Positions 26,300 to 36,503 of a stretch of 64,000 bases of DNA are shown here, piece after piece. The DNA is from a virus: the IMG/VR virus record IMGVR_UViG_3300030108_005940, positions 64,001 to 128,000 of that record; one strand, 5' to 3'. Position 1 is the stretch's first letter; every line of letters begins with the position of its first letter. The position numbers were made by a program, and so were the translations under genes. The notes below the pieces were generated by a model, which did no database searches, was not told where the DNA came from, and saw only the letters and a list, made by a program, of their open reading frames with translations.

Positions 26300-27078
26300 G
26301 TGAAAAGATAGGTGTAGGAATTATTACATGTAATCGTCCAGAATTCTTTAAAAAATGTAGAGAATCAATTAAAGAAGAGTGGTGTGATAGTATTGTTGTT
26401 GTAAATGATGGTAAAGGCCCTCTTTATAATAGCAGAGCAGCGGTTATACAAACAAAAGGTGGTGAAGGTGTTGGTAAGGCAAAAAACATTGCAATTGAAT
26501 ATCTATTAGAAGAAGGTTGCAATTATGTTATTTTAGTTGAAGATGATATGATGTTTAAAGATAACCTATTTAAACAATATATTAAAGCTTATAAGGAGAC
26601 AGGTATACATCACTTTATGTTTGCTTATCACGGACCGGCAAATAAAGCTGGAATAAGTGGTGGTAAGCCTGTTCCACGTAAGCTTATTGATTATAATAAC
26701 ATTCAAATTGCTTTAAACCAACATTGTGTAGGTGCTGTTTGTTTTTACACAAAAGAGTGCTTAGAAGATGTAGGTATATATGATGAAAATTATACTAACG
26801 CGTTTGAGCATGTAGACCACTCTTATCAATTAGCTAAAAAGAAATATTGTACCCCGTATTGGTGGTGGCCAGATATTAGTAATAGTCTTGATTATGTTGA
26901 AGAACAAGCTTGCTCAGAGAATAGTTCTGCTATTAGACCGAGAAAAGACTGGCAATCTAATATTCAAGATGCATGGAGTAAATTTACAGATAAACATGGA
27001 GTGGGTCCTACATCAGTACCTGATACTGAGATAGATGCAGTTATAAAAACCTTAAAAGAAATTAAAAATGTCAAATAG
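26296..27078 (+). CDS. GT2 family glycosyltransferase
   Basis: IITCNR, VVNDG, GVGKAKN, VEDD, FEHVD. Confidence 0.85.
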   Translation: MSEKIGVGIITCNRPEFFKKCRESIKEEWCDSIVVVNDGKGPLYNSRAAVIQTKGGEGVGKAKNIAIEYLLEEGCNYVILVEDDMMFKDNLFKQYIKAYKETGIHHFMFAYHGPANKAGISGGKPVPRKLIDYNNIQIALNQHCVGAVCFYTKECLEDVGIYDENYTNAFEHVDHSYQLAKKKYCTPYWWWPDISNSLDYVEEQACSENSSAIRPRKDWQSNIQDAWSKFTDKHGVGPTSVPDTEIDAVIKTLKEIKNVK

Positions 27079-27499
27079 AAAATACTTACCAACGTTTGCA
27101 GAGTTAATTGATAGAATGACAATCTGTCAATTAAAGTCAATCTTTATTCCACAAAATAAAGAAGCTTATGATAAAGAAATAAATGATATTAAGCACGATA
27201 TCGATGAAATTATTAAAGAAAAAGATGTTAACTTAACAGCAGAGCTAATAAGAGCTATTAGTATAGTTATGCTTTCCAATAGATATATTTGGGAGAATGA
27301 AAGTAAGGTACGAAGCAGTGCAGATGATAATGAAGCTCTGTTACTTAAATTAACCCATTCAATTAATGGTGTAAGAAATACAGCTAAAAATGTTATTTCA
27401 AACGAACTTGGTGAAAGAGTTGATCTTAAAACTGATTGTTTGGCTGCTGAACTTAAATCTGATTTACAAAACTGGGATATTTTTAAAGATGAAAATTAA
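27068..27499 (+). CDS. DUF6165-like helical protein
   Basis: ELIDRMTI.QLK ... N..IWE.E...R ... N..R...KN pattern. Confidence 0.55.
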   Translation: MSNRKYLPTFAELIDRMTICQLKSIFIPQNKEAYDKEINDIKHDIDEIIKEKDVNLTAELIRAISIVMLSNRYIWENESKVRSSADDNEALLLKLTHSINGVRNTAKNVISNELGERVDLKTDCLAAELKSDLQNWDIFKDEN

Positions 27500-27794
27500 A
27501 GATTATTATAAACATTATTTATCTTTACATCAAAATAAAATTTGTAGAAGGTTGCATGTATTAGGTCAAGTAATGACAATATTATACTTAATATTAGTTA
27601 TATATTTATTAACAATAAGCTTATTCTTTCTACCGTTGGTGTTGTTATTACCATTTATTGTGTACCCGTTTGCTTGGTCTGGTCACTTTTTTTTTGAAAA
27701 GAACAAACCCGCAGCTTTTAAACATCCAATAAAAGCTAAAGTATGTGATTGGATTATGTTATTTGATATTATTAGAGGGAAGGTAAAATTTTAA
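27489..27794 (+). CDS. DUF962/Mpo1-like membrane protein
   Basis: YLSLHQN..CRRLHVLG, hydrophobic stretch, FAWSGHFFFEKNKPAAF; likely start ATG 27489. Confidence 0.8.
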   Translation: MKIKDYYKHYLSLHQNKICRRLHVLGQVMTILYLILVIYLLTISLFFLPLVLLLPFIVYPFAWSGHFFFEKNKPAAFKHPIKAKVCDWIMLFDIIRGKVKF

Positions 27795-28318
27795 TGACAC
27801 AATTTAATATAAATGAAATTAAAGGACTAACTCTATTTACTCCGGAGCTTTATAAGGATGAGAGGGGTCATAATTTTGAGTCTTACGATAGTTTAAAGTT
27901 TAAAGAAGAAATTTCATCAGATAAATATTTGCAGGTTAGTTTTAAAGACAAAGAGTTTGTACTAGATACGTTTTCAAAATCCAGGTGGCCAGTATTTAGA
28001 GGGTTACATGGAGATAATAAGACATGGAAACTTATTTCTTGTTTATACGGTAAAATATATCTTGTTGTAGCACAACCATCAACAAAAAAATGGGCAGAAT
28101 TTTATTTAGATAATAAAACAAGACAGCAAGTATTAGTACCGGCTGATTGCGTTAATGGACATTATTGTATCAGTCACGAGTGTCTATTTAGTTATAAAAT
28201 GACTGAACACTATGAAGGCGCAGATAATCAATATACTGTTAAATGGCATGATAAAAGCTATAATTTTAACTGGCCATTCGATCTAAACAAAGCTATAATA
28301 TCTAATAGAGATAATTAA
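27794..28318 (+). CDS. rmlC: dTDP-4-dehydrorhamnose 3,5-epimerase-like cupin
   Basis: DERG.NFE, FRGLHG, KLISCL.G, NGH, YK, WP. Confidence 0.8.
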   Translation: MTQFNINEIKGLTLFTPELYKDERGHNFESYDSLKFKEEISSDKYLQVSFKDKEFVLDTFSKSRWPVFRGLHGDNKTWKLISCLYGKIYLVVAQPSTKKWAEFYLDNKTRQQVLVPADCVNGHYCISHECLFSYKMTEHYEGADNQYTVKWHDKSYNFNWPFDLNKAIISNRDN

Positions 28319-28321
28319 TTT

Positions 28322-29266
28322 ATGAAATCAAAAAGAGTATTAATTACCGGAGGTGCAGGTTACTTAGGAAGTATATTGGTAGGTTCATTACTGGATAAAA
28401 AATATAAGGTAACCGTTATTGATAATCTTACATACAAGCAACAAAGCTTAACTTCGTATTGCTATAATAAGGACTTTACCTTTATTAAAGGCGATATTAG
28501 AAATATTACAACATTAGTTAATTTAAAAGATTTTGATATTATAATTCCACTAGCTGCAATCGTAGGCATGCCAGCATGTGATAATAATCCTGAGTTAGCT
28601 ACTGAAGTTAATTTAGAACAAATTATTACAATTGTTGAAAAAACTTCTAAAGATCAACAATTAATAATTCCTAATACTAACTCTCAATACGGTTCCTCAG
28701 AAAATATTATTACTGAAGAGAGTCCGTTTAAACCTCTCTCACATTATGCAAAAACTAAATGTCATGCAGAAACTGCTGTAATAGATAGTGATCGATCTGG
28801 AGTTGCTTTAAGATTAGCAACTGTATTTGGTTTATCACCACGTATGAGATTAGACCTTCTTGTAAATGATTTTGTTTACCGCGCGGTTACAGATAAATTA
28901 TTAGTACTTTTTCAGTCTTCTTTTAAGAGAAATTATATACATGTAAGAGATATAGCTAATACCTTCTTATTTGTAATAGAAAATTATGATAAATGTGTAG
29001 GAGAACCATTTAATGTTGGTTTATCTACAGCAAATTTAAGTAAATTAGAGCTAGCGCAATCTATTAAAAAATATATACCCGAGTTAGTTATAATAGAAGA
29101 AGAGTTTACTGAAGATTTTGATAAACGAAACTATATTGTATCAAATGAAAAGCTAGAAAATTTAGGATGGAGACCTAAATTTACAATAGAAGATGGTATT
29201 GTTGAACTTATTAAAGGTTATGAGTTAATTACCACGTTTAAAAATAAAGATTTTACAAATTTATAA
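28322..29266 (+). CDS. NAD-dependent epimerase/dehydratase (extended SDR)
   Basis: TGGAGYLG, YAKTK, RLATVFGLSPRMRLDL. Confidence 0.9.
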   Translation: MKSKRVLITGGAGYLGSILVGSLLDKKYKVTVIDNLTYKQQSLTSYCYNKDFTFIKGDIRNITTLVNLKDFDIIIPLAAIVGMPACDNNPELATEVNLEQIITIVEKTSKDQQLIIPNTNSQYGSSENIITEESPFKPLSHYAKTKCHAETAVIDSDRSGVALRLATVFGLSPRMRLDLLVNDFVYRAVTDKLLVLFQSSFKRNYIHVRDIANTFLFVIENYDKCVGEPFNVGLSTANLSKLELAQSIKKYIPELVIIEEEFTEDFDKRNYIVSNEKLENLGWRPKFTIEDGIVELIKGYELITTFKNKDFTNL

Positions 29267-30801
29267 TGGATGTACTGTTTATAACACCAGGTAATACAAA
29301 GGGTATATATCAAGACTTAGCAACAACGTATGCGGCTATTGAACCACCAACCTGGGCTTTATTATTAGCTGAATCGTGCAGATCTATTGGATATAAAGTA
29401 GCAATATGTGATGCAAATGCTGAGCAATTAAATGCTGATGATGTTCTCGAAAGAGTTAAGGAACTTAAACCGCGGTTAGTTTGTTTTGTTGTATATGGTC
29501 AAAATGTTAATGCTGGTACAGTTAATATGTCAGGCTCTGTATACCTTTCTAACCATTTAAAAGCTAATAATATTAAAACACCAATTGCTTATGTCGGATC
29601 ACATGTACAAGCTTTACCAATTAAAGCATTACGTGACGAACCTTCGATAGATTTTTGTTTTACTAACGAAGGTGTTTATGCTTTAAGAAATATTTTATCT
29701 TTAGATGAGATTGATATAAACAATTTAGAAGATATTAAAGGAATTGCTTGGAGAAAGAATGGCGAACCTACATTTAATCAATCCGAAGCAGTTGTTCCGC
29801 GAGATAGAATGGATATTGACTTACCAGGTTATGCTTGGGACCTTTTACCATATAAAGATAAGCCGCTTGACTTATATAGAGCACCAATGTGGCATGCTGA
29901 ATATGATGAAGAAAAAAGATCTCCGTATGCTGCAATACAAACTTCTTTAGGTTGTCAATTTGGATGTAACTTCTGCATGATAAACATTTTAAATCGAAAT
30001 GATGAAGAGGAAGTAGGTGTAGCTGGTAATTATAGCTTAATGAGACATTGGTCTCCGGAGTTTATTATTAATGAATTTGATAAACTAGCTGAATTAGGCG
30101 TTTATACTATAAAAATAACAGATGAGTTATTTTTGTTTAATAAAAAATATTATGAACCTCTTTGCAAAGCTTTAAGTGAGCGCCCATATGTAGACAAATT
30201 AACAATGTGGGCTTATTCACGGATCGATACTGTGAGAAGACCTGATTTACTTAAGACTGTTAGAGCTGCTGGTATCAAATGGTTAGCTTTAGGTATTGAA
30301 AGCGGTGAAAAAGAAGTAAGATTAGAAGTAGCAAAAGGTAAGTTTGAAGAAGTAGATATAGAAAAGGTAGTTAGACAAATACACGAAGCTGATATTAACG
30401 TAATGGGTAATTTTATCTTTGGTTTACCGGGTGATACTCAAGCGTCTATGCGTAAAACTCTTGATTTAAGTAAAAGATTATGTACAATGGGATGGAATGC
30501 TTATGCTGCAATGCCTCTACCAGGTAGTCAGTTATATAAAGATGCATTAGATAAAGGATATAGTTTACCAAAGACATATGAAGACTATTCTTTCTTTGGA
30601 TATAATACCTTACCGTCACCGACAGATAAATGTACTGCAGGTGAGATTCTAAAATTTAGAGATGATGCTTATAATGAATATCATAATTACAAACCTTTTT
30701 TAAATCTTGTAAAAGAAAAATATGGTCAAAAGCAAGTAGATAATATTAAAGAGATGACAAAAGTAAAACTTAAAAGAAAATTATATAGTGATGCTAACTA
30801 G
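29266..30801 (+). CDS. Cobalamin-binding radical SAM enzyme (class B methyltransferase-like)
   Basis: N-terminal B12-binding domain; GCQFGCNFC; GIESG; FIFGLPGDT. Confidence 0.88.
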   Translation: MDVLFITPGNTKGIYQDLATTYAAIEPPTWALLLAESCRSIGYKVAICDANAEQLNADDVLERVKELKPRLVCFVVYGQNVNAGTVNMSGSVYLSNHLKANNIKTPIAYVGSHVQALPIKALRDEPSIDFCFTNEGVYALRNILSLDEIDINNLEDIKGIAWRKNGEPTFNQSEAVVPRDRMDIDLPGYAWDLLPYKDKPLDLYRAPMWHAEYDEEKRSPYAAIQTSLGCQFGCNFCMINILNRNDEEEVGVAGNYSLMRHWSPEFIINEFDKLAELGVYTIKITDELFLFNKKYYEPLCKALSERPYVDKLTMWAYSRIDTVRRPDLLKTVRAAGIKWLALGIESGEKEVRLEVAKGKFEEVDIEKVVRQIHEADINVMGNFIFGLPGDTQASMRKTLDLSKRLCTMGWNAYAAMPLPGSQLYKDALDKGYSLPKTYEDYSFFGYNTLPSPTDKCTAGEILKFRDDAYNEYHNYKPFLNLVKEKYGQKQVDNIKEMTKVKLKRKLYSDAN

Positions 30802-31393
30802 TAAAGATTTAATTAATTTTGAAGAAGATATAGCTGAAGAGTTTAATAATTCAAAAATTAAAGCTCCTGTACATCTTTATTCAGGTAACGAAGATGAATG
30901 TATTAAAATATTTAAAGATATAAACAAAGATGATTGGGTATTATGTACTTGGAGAAGTCATTATCAATGTTTACTTAAAGGTGTACCGCCAGAACAAGTT
31001 AAATCAGAGATTATGTCAGGTCGCTCTATATCTTTAAACTTTCCAGAATATAGAGTATTTTCTTCAGCTATCGTTACCGGTATATTACCTATAAGTGTCG
31101 GTCTGGCGTTAGATATTAAACGAAGTGGCGGTACAAATAAAGTATATTGCTTTGTTGGTGATATGACTGCTTTAACAGGCTCTTTTGATGAGTGTTTAAG
31201 ATACTCAAAAGCCCATGACTTACCTATTAAATTTATTATTGAGGACAACGGTAAGTCTGTCTGTACTGACACAAAAGAAGTTTGGTGTGCAAAAGATCAC
31301 CCATACGATGGAATTAATGATGACTATGTATATCATTATACATATGAAACTAAATGGCCGCATGCTGGTGCTGGTCAACGTGTACAATTTTAA
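30791..31393 (+). CDS. TPP-dependent dehydrogenase E1 alpha-like subunit (short)
   Basis: HLYSGNE, WRSH, GD...G...E, EDN TPP-binding motif. Confidence 0.82.
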   Translation: MLTSKDLINFEEDIAEEFNNSKIKAPVHLYSGNEDECIKIFKDINKDDWVLCTWRSHYQCLLKGVPPEQVKSEIMSGRSISLNFPEYRVFSSAIVTGILPISVGLALDIKRSGGTNKVYCFVGDMTALTGSFDECLRYSKAHDLPIKFIIEDNGKSVCTDTKEVWCAKDHPYDGINDDYVYHYTYETKWPHAGAGQRVQF

Positions 31394-31395
31394 AT

Positions 31396-31926
31396 ATGAA
31401 ATATTTTGATGAATTAAAACGATCTATGGAGATGCTGGCTGAGCATCCTAAGACTTTATTTTTAGGTCAAGCTGTTGAGTGCGCTGGTACAGGGATGACT
31501 AATACACTTAAAGATGTATCAAATGAAAAAAAACTTGAATTACCGGTATGTGAAGATTTACAAATGGGTATGACAAATGGAATTGCTCTTGCAGGTAAAA
31601 TACCGGTAAGTATATTTCCAAGATGGAATTTTTTACTGTTAGGTACAAATCAGATTGTAAATCATTTGGATAAATTTCCAATGATATCAGATTTTAAAAC
31701 TAAAGCTATTATTAGAACAGGAGTTGGATCAGTAAGACCTTTACATCCTCATCATCAACATACAGGTGATTATACGGAAGCATTTTCCAGCATGTGTAAA
31801 AATATAGAAGTTATTCGTCTAGATGAACCAGAGGATATCTTTCCTGCATATACAAAAGCGTTGCTTCGCGAAGATGGAAAATCGACTATACTAGTAGAGT
31901 GGGGTGATTACTATAACGAAAAATGA
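31396..31926 (+). CDS. TPP-dependent dehydrogenase E1 beta/transketolase pyrimidine-binding-like subunit (short)
   Basis: LGQAV, ELPVCE..QMGM..G.AL.G..P, NQIVNH, QH; likely start ATG 31396. Confidence 0.8.
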   Translation: MKYFDELKRSMEMLAEHPKTLFLGQAVECAGTGMTNTLKDVSNEKKLELPVCEDLQMGMTNGIALAGKIPVSIFPRWNFLLLGTNQIVNHLDKFPMISDFKTKAIIRTGVGSVRPLHPHHQHTGDYTEAFSSMCKNIEVIRLDEPEDIFPAYTKALLREDGKSTILVEWGDYYNEK

Positions 31927-33134
31927 ATTATAATATACCATTAATGTCAGATAATATAACTCGTGAAGATGTTAACGAGTTAGTAAATTTTTTACAGCAA
32001 GATCCAATTCCAAGACTAACTAACGGTCCAAAAGTAGAAGAATTTGAAGCAAAGTGGTCAGAATGGTTGGGTGTAAAACATAGCGTATTTGTAAACTCTG
32101 GTTCAAGTGCAAATTATATGACTATGCAACTTTTACAATATAAGTATGGTCCTTGTGAAGTTATAGTTCCACCGCTTACTTGGGTTTCAGATGTTGCTAG
32201 TGTTTTAAACACTGGACATAACCCTGTGTTTGTAGATATAAATTTATCTAATTTAAGCTTTGATATTCAAAAACTAAAACAAGCTATTACTACAAGAACA
32301 AAAGCTATATTTCTAACGCATGTATTAGGTCTAAACGGTCTTACTGATGAACTTATACAACTTTGCAAAGAACACGATCTTCTATTAATAGAAGATGTAT
32401 GCGAGTCACATGGAGCTACTTTTAAAAATAAAAAAGCTGGTTCAATAGGCGATGTTAGTAATTTTAGTTTTTACTTTGCACACCACCTGTCTACGATTGA
32501 AGGAGGAATGGTGTGTACTGATAACGATGAATTTTATGATATCTTGAGATTTAGTCGCTCCCATGGTATGGTTAGAGAGTGTAAGAGTGAAGACTTTAAA
32601 CAACAAGTTAAACTTGATCACCCCGACTTAAATCCGGATTTTATATTTCTATCACCAGCGTATAATTTTAGAAGTACAGAACTTAACGCAGTTTTAGGTT
32701 TATCGCAAATTAAATCTCTTGATAGTAATAATGATATACGTCGCGATAATTTCGAATATTTTTTATCTAAATTAGATTCAACAAAATATGTTACTACTTT
32801 AGATACTAAAGGTCAAAGTAATTATGCTTTTATTGTTATAATGAAAGAAGCTGATATAACGCAACGTAATAAAGTCGAAAGTATGCTTAAATCAAATAAT
32901 ATAGAATTTAGACGTGGTTTATCTGGTGGTGGTAATCAACTTAGACAGCCATATATTAGTAGACATGCGGAAAAAATAGGTAGGTCATGGCAAGTAGGAA
33001 TGACTGATCAAGCATTACAGCAAAGCTTTGCAAATATTGAGCACGTGCATAATTATAGTTGGTACATCGGTAATTATCCTTCATTAGAAAGGGAAAAAAT
33101 TACTAATCTTATAACACTGCTTAATAATGTCTAA
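31923..33134 (+). CDS. DegT/DnrJ/EryC1/StrS PLP enzyme (His at the catalytic position, ColD/RfbH-like 3-dehydratase)
   Basis: VNSGSSAN, EDVCESHGA, SFYFAHHLSTIEGG (H replaces K). Confidence 0.85.
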   Translation: MNYNIPLMSDNITREDVNELVNFLQQDPIPRLTNGPKVEEFEAKWSEWLGVKHSVFVNSGSSANYMTMQLLQYKYGPCEVIVPPLTWVSDVASVLNTGHNPVFVDINLSNLSFDIQKLKQAITTRTKAIFLTHVLGLNGLTDELIQLCKEHDLLLIEDVCESHGATFKNKKAGSIGDVSNFSFYFAHHLSTIEGGMVCTDNDEFYDILRFSRSHGMVRECKSEDFKQQVKLDHPDLNPDFIFLSPAYNFRSTELNAVLGLSQIKSLDSNNDIRRDNFEYFLSKLDSTKYVTTLDTKGQSNYAFIVIMKEADITQRNKVESMLKSNNIEFRRGLSGGGNQLRQPYISRHAEKIGRSWQVGMTDQALQQSFANIEHVHNYSWYIGNYPSLEREKITNLITLLNNV

Positions 33135-34071
33135 TAACAAATATCTTATTATATATAACATATGTGAAATCGGTAAGAGAAATTTTGAGTGGTATAGTAA
33201 GTGTATTAATAATTTACTTAAACTTAATCATAAAAAATTTCATGTAGCAGTAAGTGGTTGTAGAGTTTCACAGCAAACAAAAGATCAGCTTTATAACGAA
33301 TTTAAAAATAAAGTAACATTTTGCTATACAGAAAATTTTCTTTCTGTTAATATAACTTTTAATTTGACTGTTTTAAAATGTGTTGAAAGATTTAACGAAT
33401 TTACCGGTTATGTGTATATTGACTCAGGGGTAAATACAGAGGATAATTTTAATCTACTAAATGAAATAGATGAAAGAGTTGAAACTAAAAAGTTTAGTAT
33501 GATTAGTTTTCAAACTGATACAGACCACGGTCATCATTGGTTTAAAAAAGATCATGTTAATAACCCTTATATTAAAGAAGAAGATTTTATAATGCCTGTA
33601 GGTAAATGCTGTAATTTACACGTTTCATATTTTTCAAATGATTTATTAAAAACTTTTGGAAAACTTATACCAGATATATTTAACGCATATTGTACAGAGT
33701 CAGTATTTTCTTTTTTAAATGCTAGTATACAAAAGCAATGGGTAATTATTAAAGATATAATTCTTACTCATATTAAAGAAAAAGATGGAGCTACTCTCAG
33801 TTATGATCATGTAGGACCTCGTCAAGTACCATGGAATAATTTATATGGTTGTGCTGATATGGAAAAAATAGTAAAAGATCCTAAAGCTTATGAAGTTGGG
33901 TTGGGTTATGAAGAGTTAGGAGAAGTTTTAATACATAATGCAGACTTATATACATCAGAAGGACATGTTAAGAACAATACTTTGAAAGATTATATTAAAG
34001 AAAAACTCTTTCTTTCGAAGGATCAGTTAGATTATAACCACATTTTACATTCATTTATACCAGCAAAATGA
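33127..34071 (+). CDS. Putative GT-A glycosyltransferase-like protein
   Basis: TFN...YVYIDSG pattern; located within the sugar operon. Confidence 0.45.
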   Translation: MSNNKYLIIYNICEIGKRNFEWYSKCINNLLKLNHKKFHVAVSGCRVSQQTKDQLYNEFKNKVTFCYTENFLSVNITFNLTVLKCVERFNEFTGYVYIDSGVNTEDNFNLLNEIDERVETKKFSMISFQTDTDHGHHWFKKDHVNNPYIKEEDFIMPVGKCCNLHVSYFSNDLLKTFGKLIPDIFNAYCTESVFSFLNASIQKQWVIIKDIILTHIKEKDGATLSYDHVGPRQVPWNNLYGCADMEKIVKDPKAYEVGLGYEELGEVLIHNADLYTSEGHVKNNTLKDYIKEKLFLSKDQLDYNHILHSFIPAK

Positions 34072-34829
34072 TATCAATAATTATACCTACTAAGAATAGA
34101 GTTGAAAATCTTAAGAAGGTTTTAAAGACTTTAAATGATAATACATTACAGCCAAAACAGGTTGAAGTTATATTTTATGTTGATAGTGATGATAATGATA
34201 CTATCGACTTTATAAAATCTGGAAATATTAATACACACTTAGATAAAATACCCGGAACAGCTATTGTTAATAAGGATAAGCCAAAATTAGCTGATATGTA
34301 TAACCGTGCTTTTAGTAAATGTAGAGGTGATATTATAATGTACTCAGCAGATGATGTACACTTTAAAACTAAAAATTGGGATATTTTAATAGCTGAAGAA
34401 TTTAATCGTTATTCAGATAAGGTATGTTTGGTATTTGGACCAGATGGTATGCAACCTAACGGTACTCTAGCCACTCATGGGTTTTTAAGTAGAAGAGCAA
34501 TTGAGCAAGTTGGTTATGTGCACCCGGTAGGAATGGGTTATAATTATTCAGATAACTGGTTAACTTACATATATAGAAAGTTAGGCCGATTATGTTACAC
34601 ACCGGTATATTTTGAGCATTGTCATTGGGGATCTGGAAAAGCAGAATATGATCAAACCTATAAAACGGGTTCAGATGCCCCGCATGATGATAGTATTGAT
34701 TTATGGAGAGGTAGTTTAGAACAAAGAACTAAAGATATTAATATACTTAAACAGATTATTACATCTGGTCCTTTAGGAAATTCGAATAAAGAAAATATTA
34801 AAACTATATATAACTTAGAAACAGATTAA
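34068..34829 (+). CDS. GT2 family glycosyltransferase
   Basis: MISIIIPTKNR, YVDSDD, SADD, YSDNW, EH.H. Confidence 0.82.
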   Translation: MISIIIPTKNRVENLKKVLKTLNDNTLQPKQVEVIFYVDSDDNDTIDFIKSGNINTHLDKIPGTAIVNKDKPKLADMYNRAFSKCRGDIIMYSADDVHFKTKNWDILIAEEFNRYSDKVCLVFGPDGMQPNGTLATHGFLSRRAIEQVGYVHPVGMGYNYSDNWLTYIYRKLGRLCYTPVYFEHCHWGSGKAEYDQTYKTGSDAPHDDSIDLWRGSLEQRTKDINILKQIITSGPLGNSNKENIKTIYNLETD

Positions 34830-34830
34830 T

Positions 34831-35583
34831 ATGAAACCTATATTATTACTTGGCGATTCTTGTATAGATAAATTTGTATATTGTAAATGTGAACGTCTTT
34901 GCCCAGAGGCACCGGTGCCCTTATTAGACATATTACATGTTGAAGAAAATAGAGGAATGGCAGGTAATGTGCATAATAATTTATTAGCTTTAAAATGTGA
35001 AGCAGAGTTTTACACAAATTTAAATTATAAAAATATAGTTAAAACAAGATATGTAGATCATAAAACCAATCATATGTTTATTCGTATAGATACAAAAGCA
35101 GAATTAAATACAGCATATAAGGATTATAGCGCGCAAATTAATTTAGAAGATTATTCTGCTGTGGTGATTTCAGATTATGATAAAGGTTTTATTACAGAGG
35201 AAGAAATAGAATTTATTTCTTACAATCACCCTATTACATTTTTAGATACAAAAAAAATTATAGGCGACTGGGCAAAAAATATTAAATTTATTAAAATTAA
35301 TAGAAAGGAATTTAAAGAATCAGAAAAAAGCCTTACAAATAAAAAGAATATTATAACGACACTAGGTTCAGGAGGAGCTATATATAGAGGTATACAATAC
35401 GATGTTAAAGATGTAGAGATAAAAGATCTTTCTGGTGCTGGTGATACTTTTTTAGCTGGTTTAGTATGTAAATATTTAAGAACTAACAATATTGAAGAGA
35501 GTATAAATTTTGCAAATGAATGCGCTACTGATGTAGTGCAGAAGCAAGGTGTAACTGTAATTAGCAAATATTTCGCTTTATGA
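34831..35583 (+). CDS. PfkB-family heptose-7-phosphate kinase (HldE/RfaE domain I-like)
   Basis: GD..ID...RLCPEAPVP, GMAGNV, SDYDKG, DLSGAGDTF. Confidence 0.88.
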   Translation: MKPILLLGDSCIDKFVYCKCERLCPEAPVPLLDILHVEENRGMAGNVHNNLLALKCEAEFYTNLNYKNIVKTRYVDHKTNHMFIRIDTKAELNTAYKDYSAQINLEDYSAVVISDYDKGFITEEEIEFISYNHPITFLDTKKIIGDWAKNIKFIKINRKEFKESEKSLTNKKNIITTLGSGGAIYRGIQYDVKDVEIKDLSGAGDTFLAGLVCKYLRTNNIEESINFANECATDVVQKQGVTVISKYFAL

Positions 35584-36503
35584 AATTATATAGATATCCT
35601 CAAGCGTCACCTCATAATATTGATGACGGTCCATATCGTAATTGTATACCGTTAGGTATAGATGGTCTGACACAACATTGTACAATTGTTAATAATCCTA
35701 ATGAAGCAGATTATTTTCATATTGGTCAAATTCGTGAAGATAGTAATATAAAATTATACGAATCTGATGGTAGTGAGTTTGAATTTTTTAAAGGTAATGA
35801 ACATAAACATATTGTAGATATGGAAGGTGAAGGAGGTTGGGAGATACCAGAGTGGCTTCGTAAGTGTATCTTAACGACTATGGGGCCTTTAAAGAGGTTT
35901 GATTATTATAAACTTTTTACAAGACCTTGTTTTTCCTCTTTAATGATGGACTGTTTAAAAGATGAACGTGTTTTTGATTTTCCAAAAAAATCCGGTTTTG
36001 GTTTTAGGGGATGTATTAATCACCCTACAAGACAAGTATTATTTGAAGCATTGAAAGAACCAACATTAAATGAAAACCGTGTACGTCGCGAAGCTTATAT
36101 GACAGCTGGGTGGTTTGGACCTGCTCCATCCCGATCTGAACCTCATTTAATTTTTGAAGAGCTTATGCTAAAACATCCCTTATCTCTTTGTCCACGTGGA
36201 GCAGGTATAGCATCTACACGTGTATGGGAAACATGCGCGTATGGTAGAGTACCAGTAATTGTTTCAAATGAAGATTTTTATCAAGTAGGTGAAGATCAAT
36301 ATGACACGTCATTTATGTTTAAAGTAATTGGTGATATGTCACCAAAAGATATGGCAAATGAATTAACTGCAATATATAATACAAGTATAGATGAATTAAA
36401 ACAACGTGGAGACTTAGCAAAAAAGTACTTTAATGACGTATTAAAAGAATACTTTAAAGACCCGACGTTGTTCTTTATAAACTGGTTAAATAAAAATGCT
36501 TAA
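35580..36503 (+). CDS. Exostosin-like (GT47) glycosyltransferase
   Basis: FRG, LCPRGAG..STRVWE...GRVPVIVS. Confidence 0.7.
   Translation: MKLYRYPQASPHNIDDGPYRNCIPLGIDGLTQHCTIVNNPNEADYFHIGQIREDSNIKLYESDGSEFEFFKGNEHKHIVDMEGEGGWEIPEWLRKCILTTMGPLKRFDYYKLFTRPCFSSLMMDCLKDERVFDFPKKSGFGFRGCINHPTRQVLFEALKEPTLNENRVRREAYMTAGWFGPAPSRSEPHLIFEELMLKHPLSLCPRGAGIASTRVWETCAYGRVPVIVSNEDFYQVGEDQYDTSFMFKVIGDMSPKDMANELTAIYNTSIDELKQRGDLAKKYFNDVLKEYFKDPTLFFINWLNKNA

Noticed and set aside
30791-31926. Pyruvate dehydrogenase as a central-metabolism auxiliary gene
   Set aside because: Subunits are truncated, E2/E3 are absent, and they sit among NDP-sugar enzymes, which better fits sugar branching
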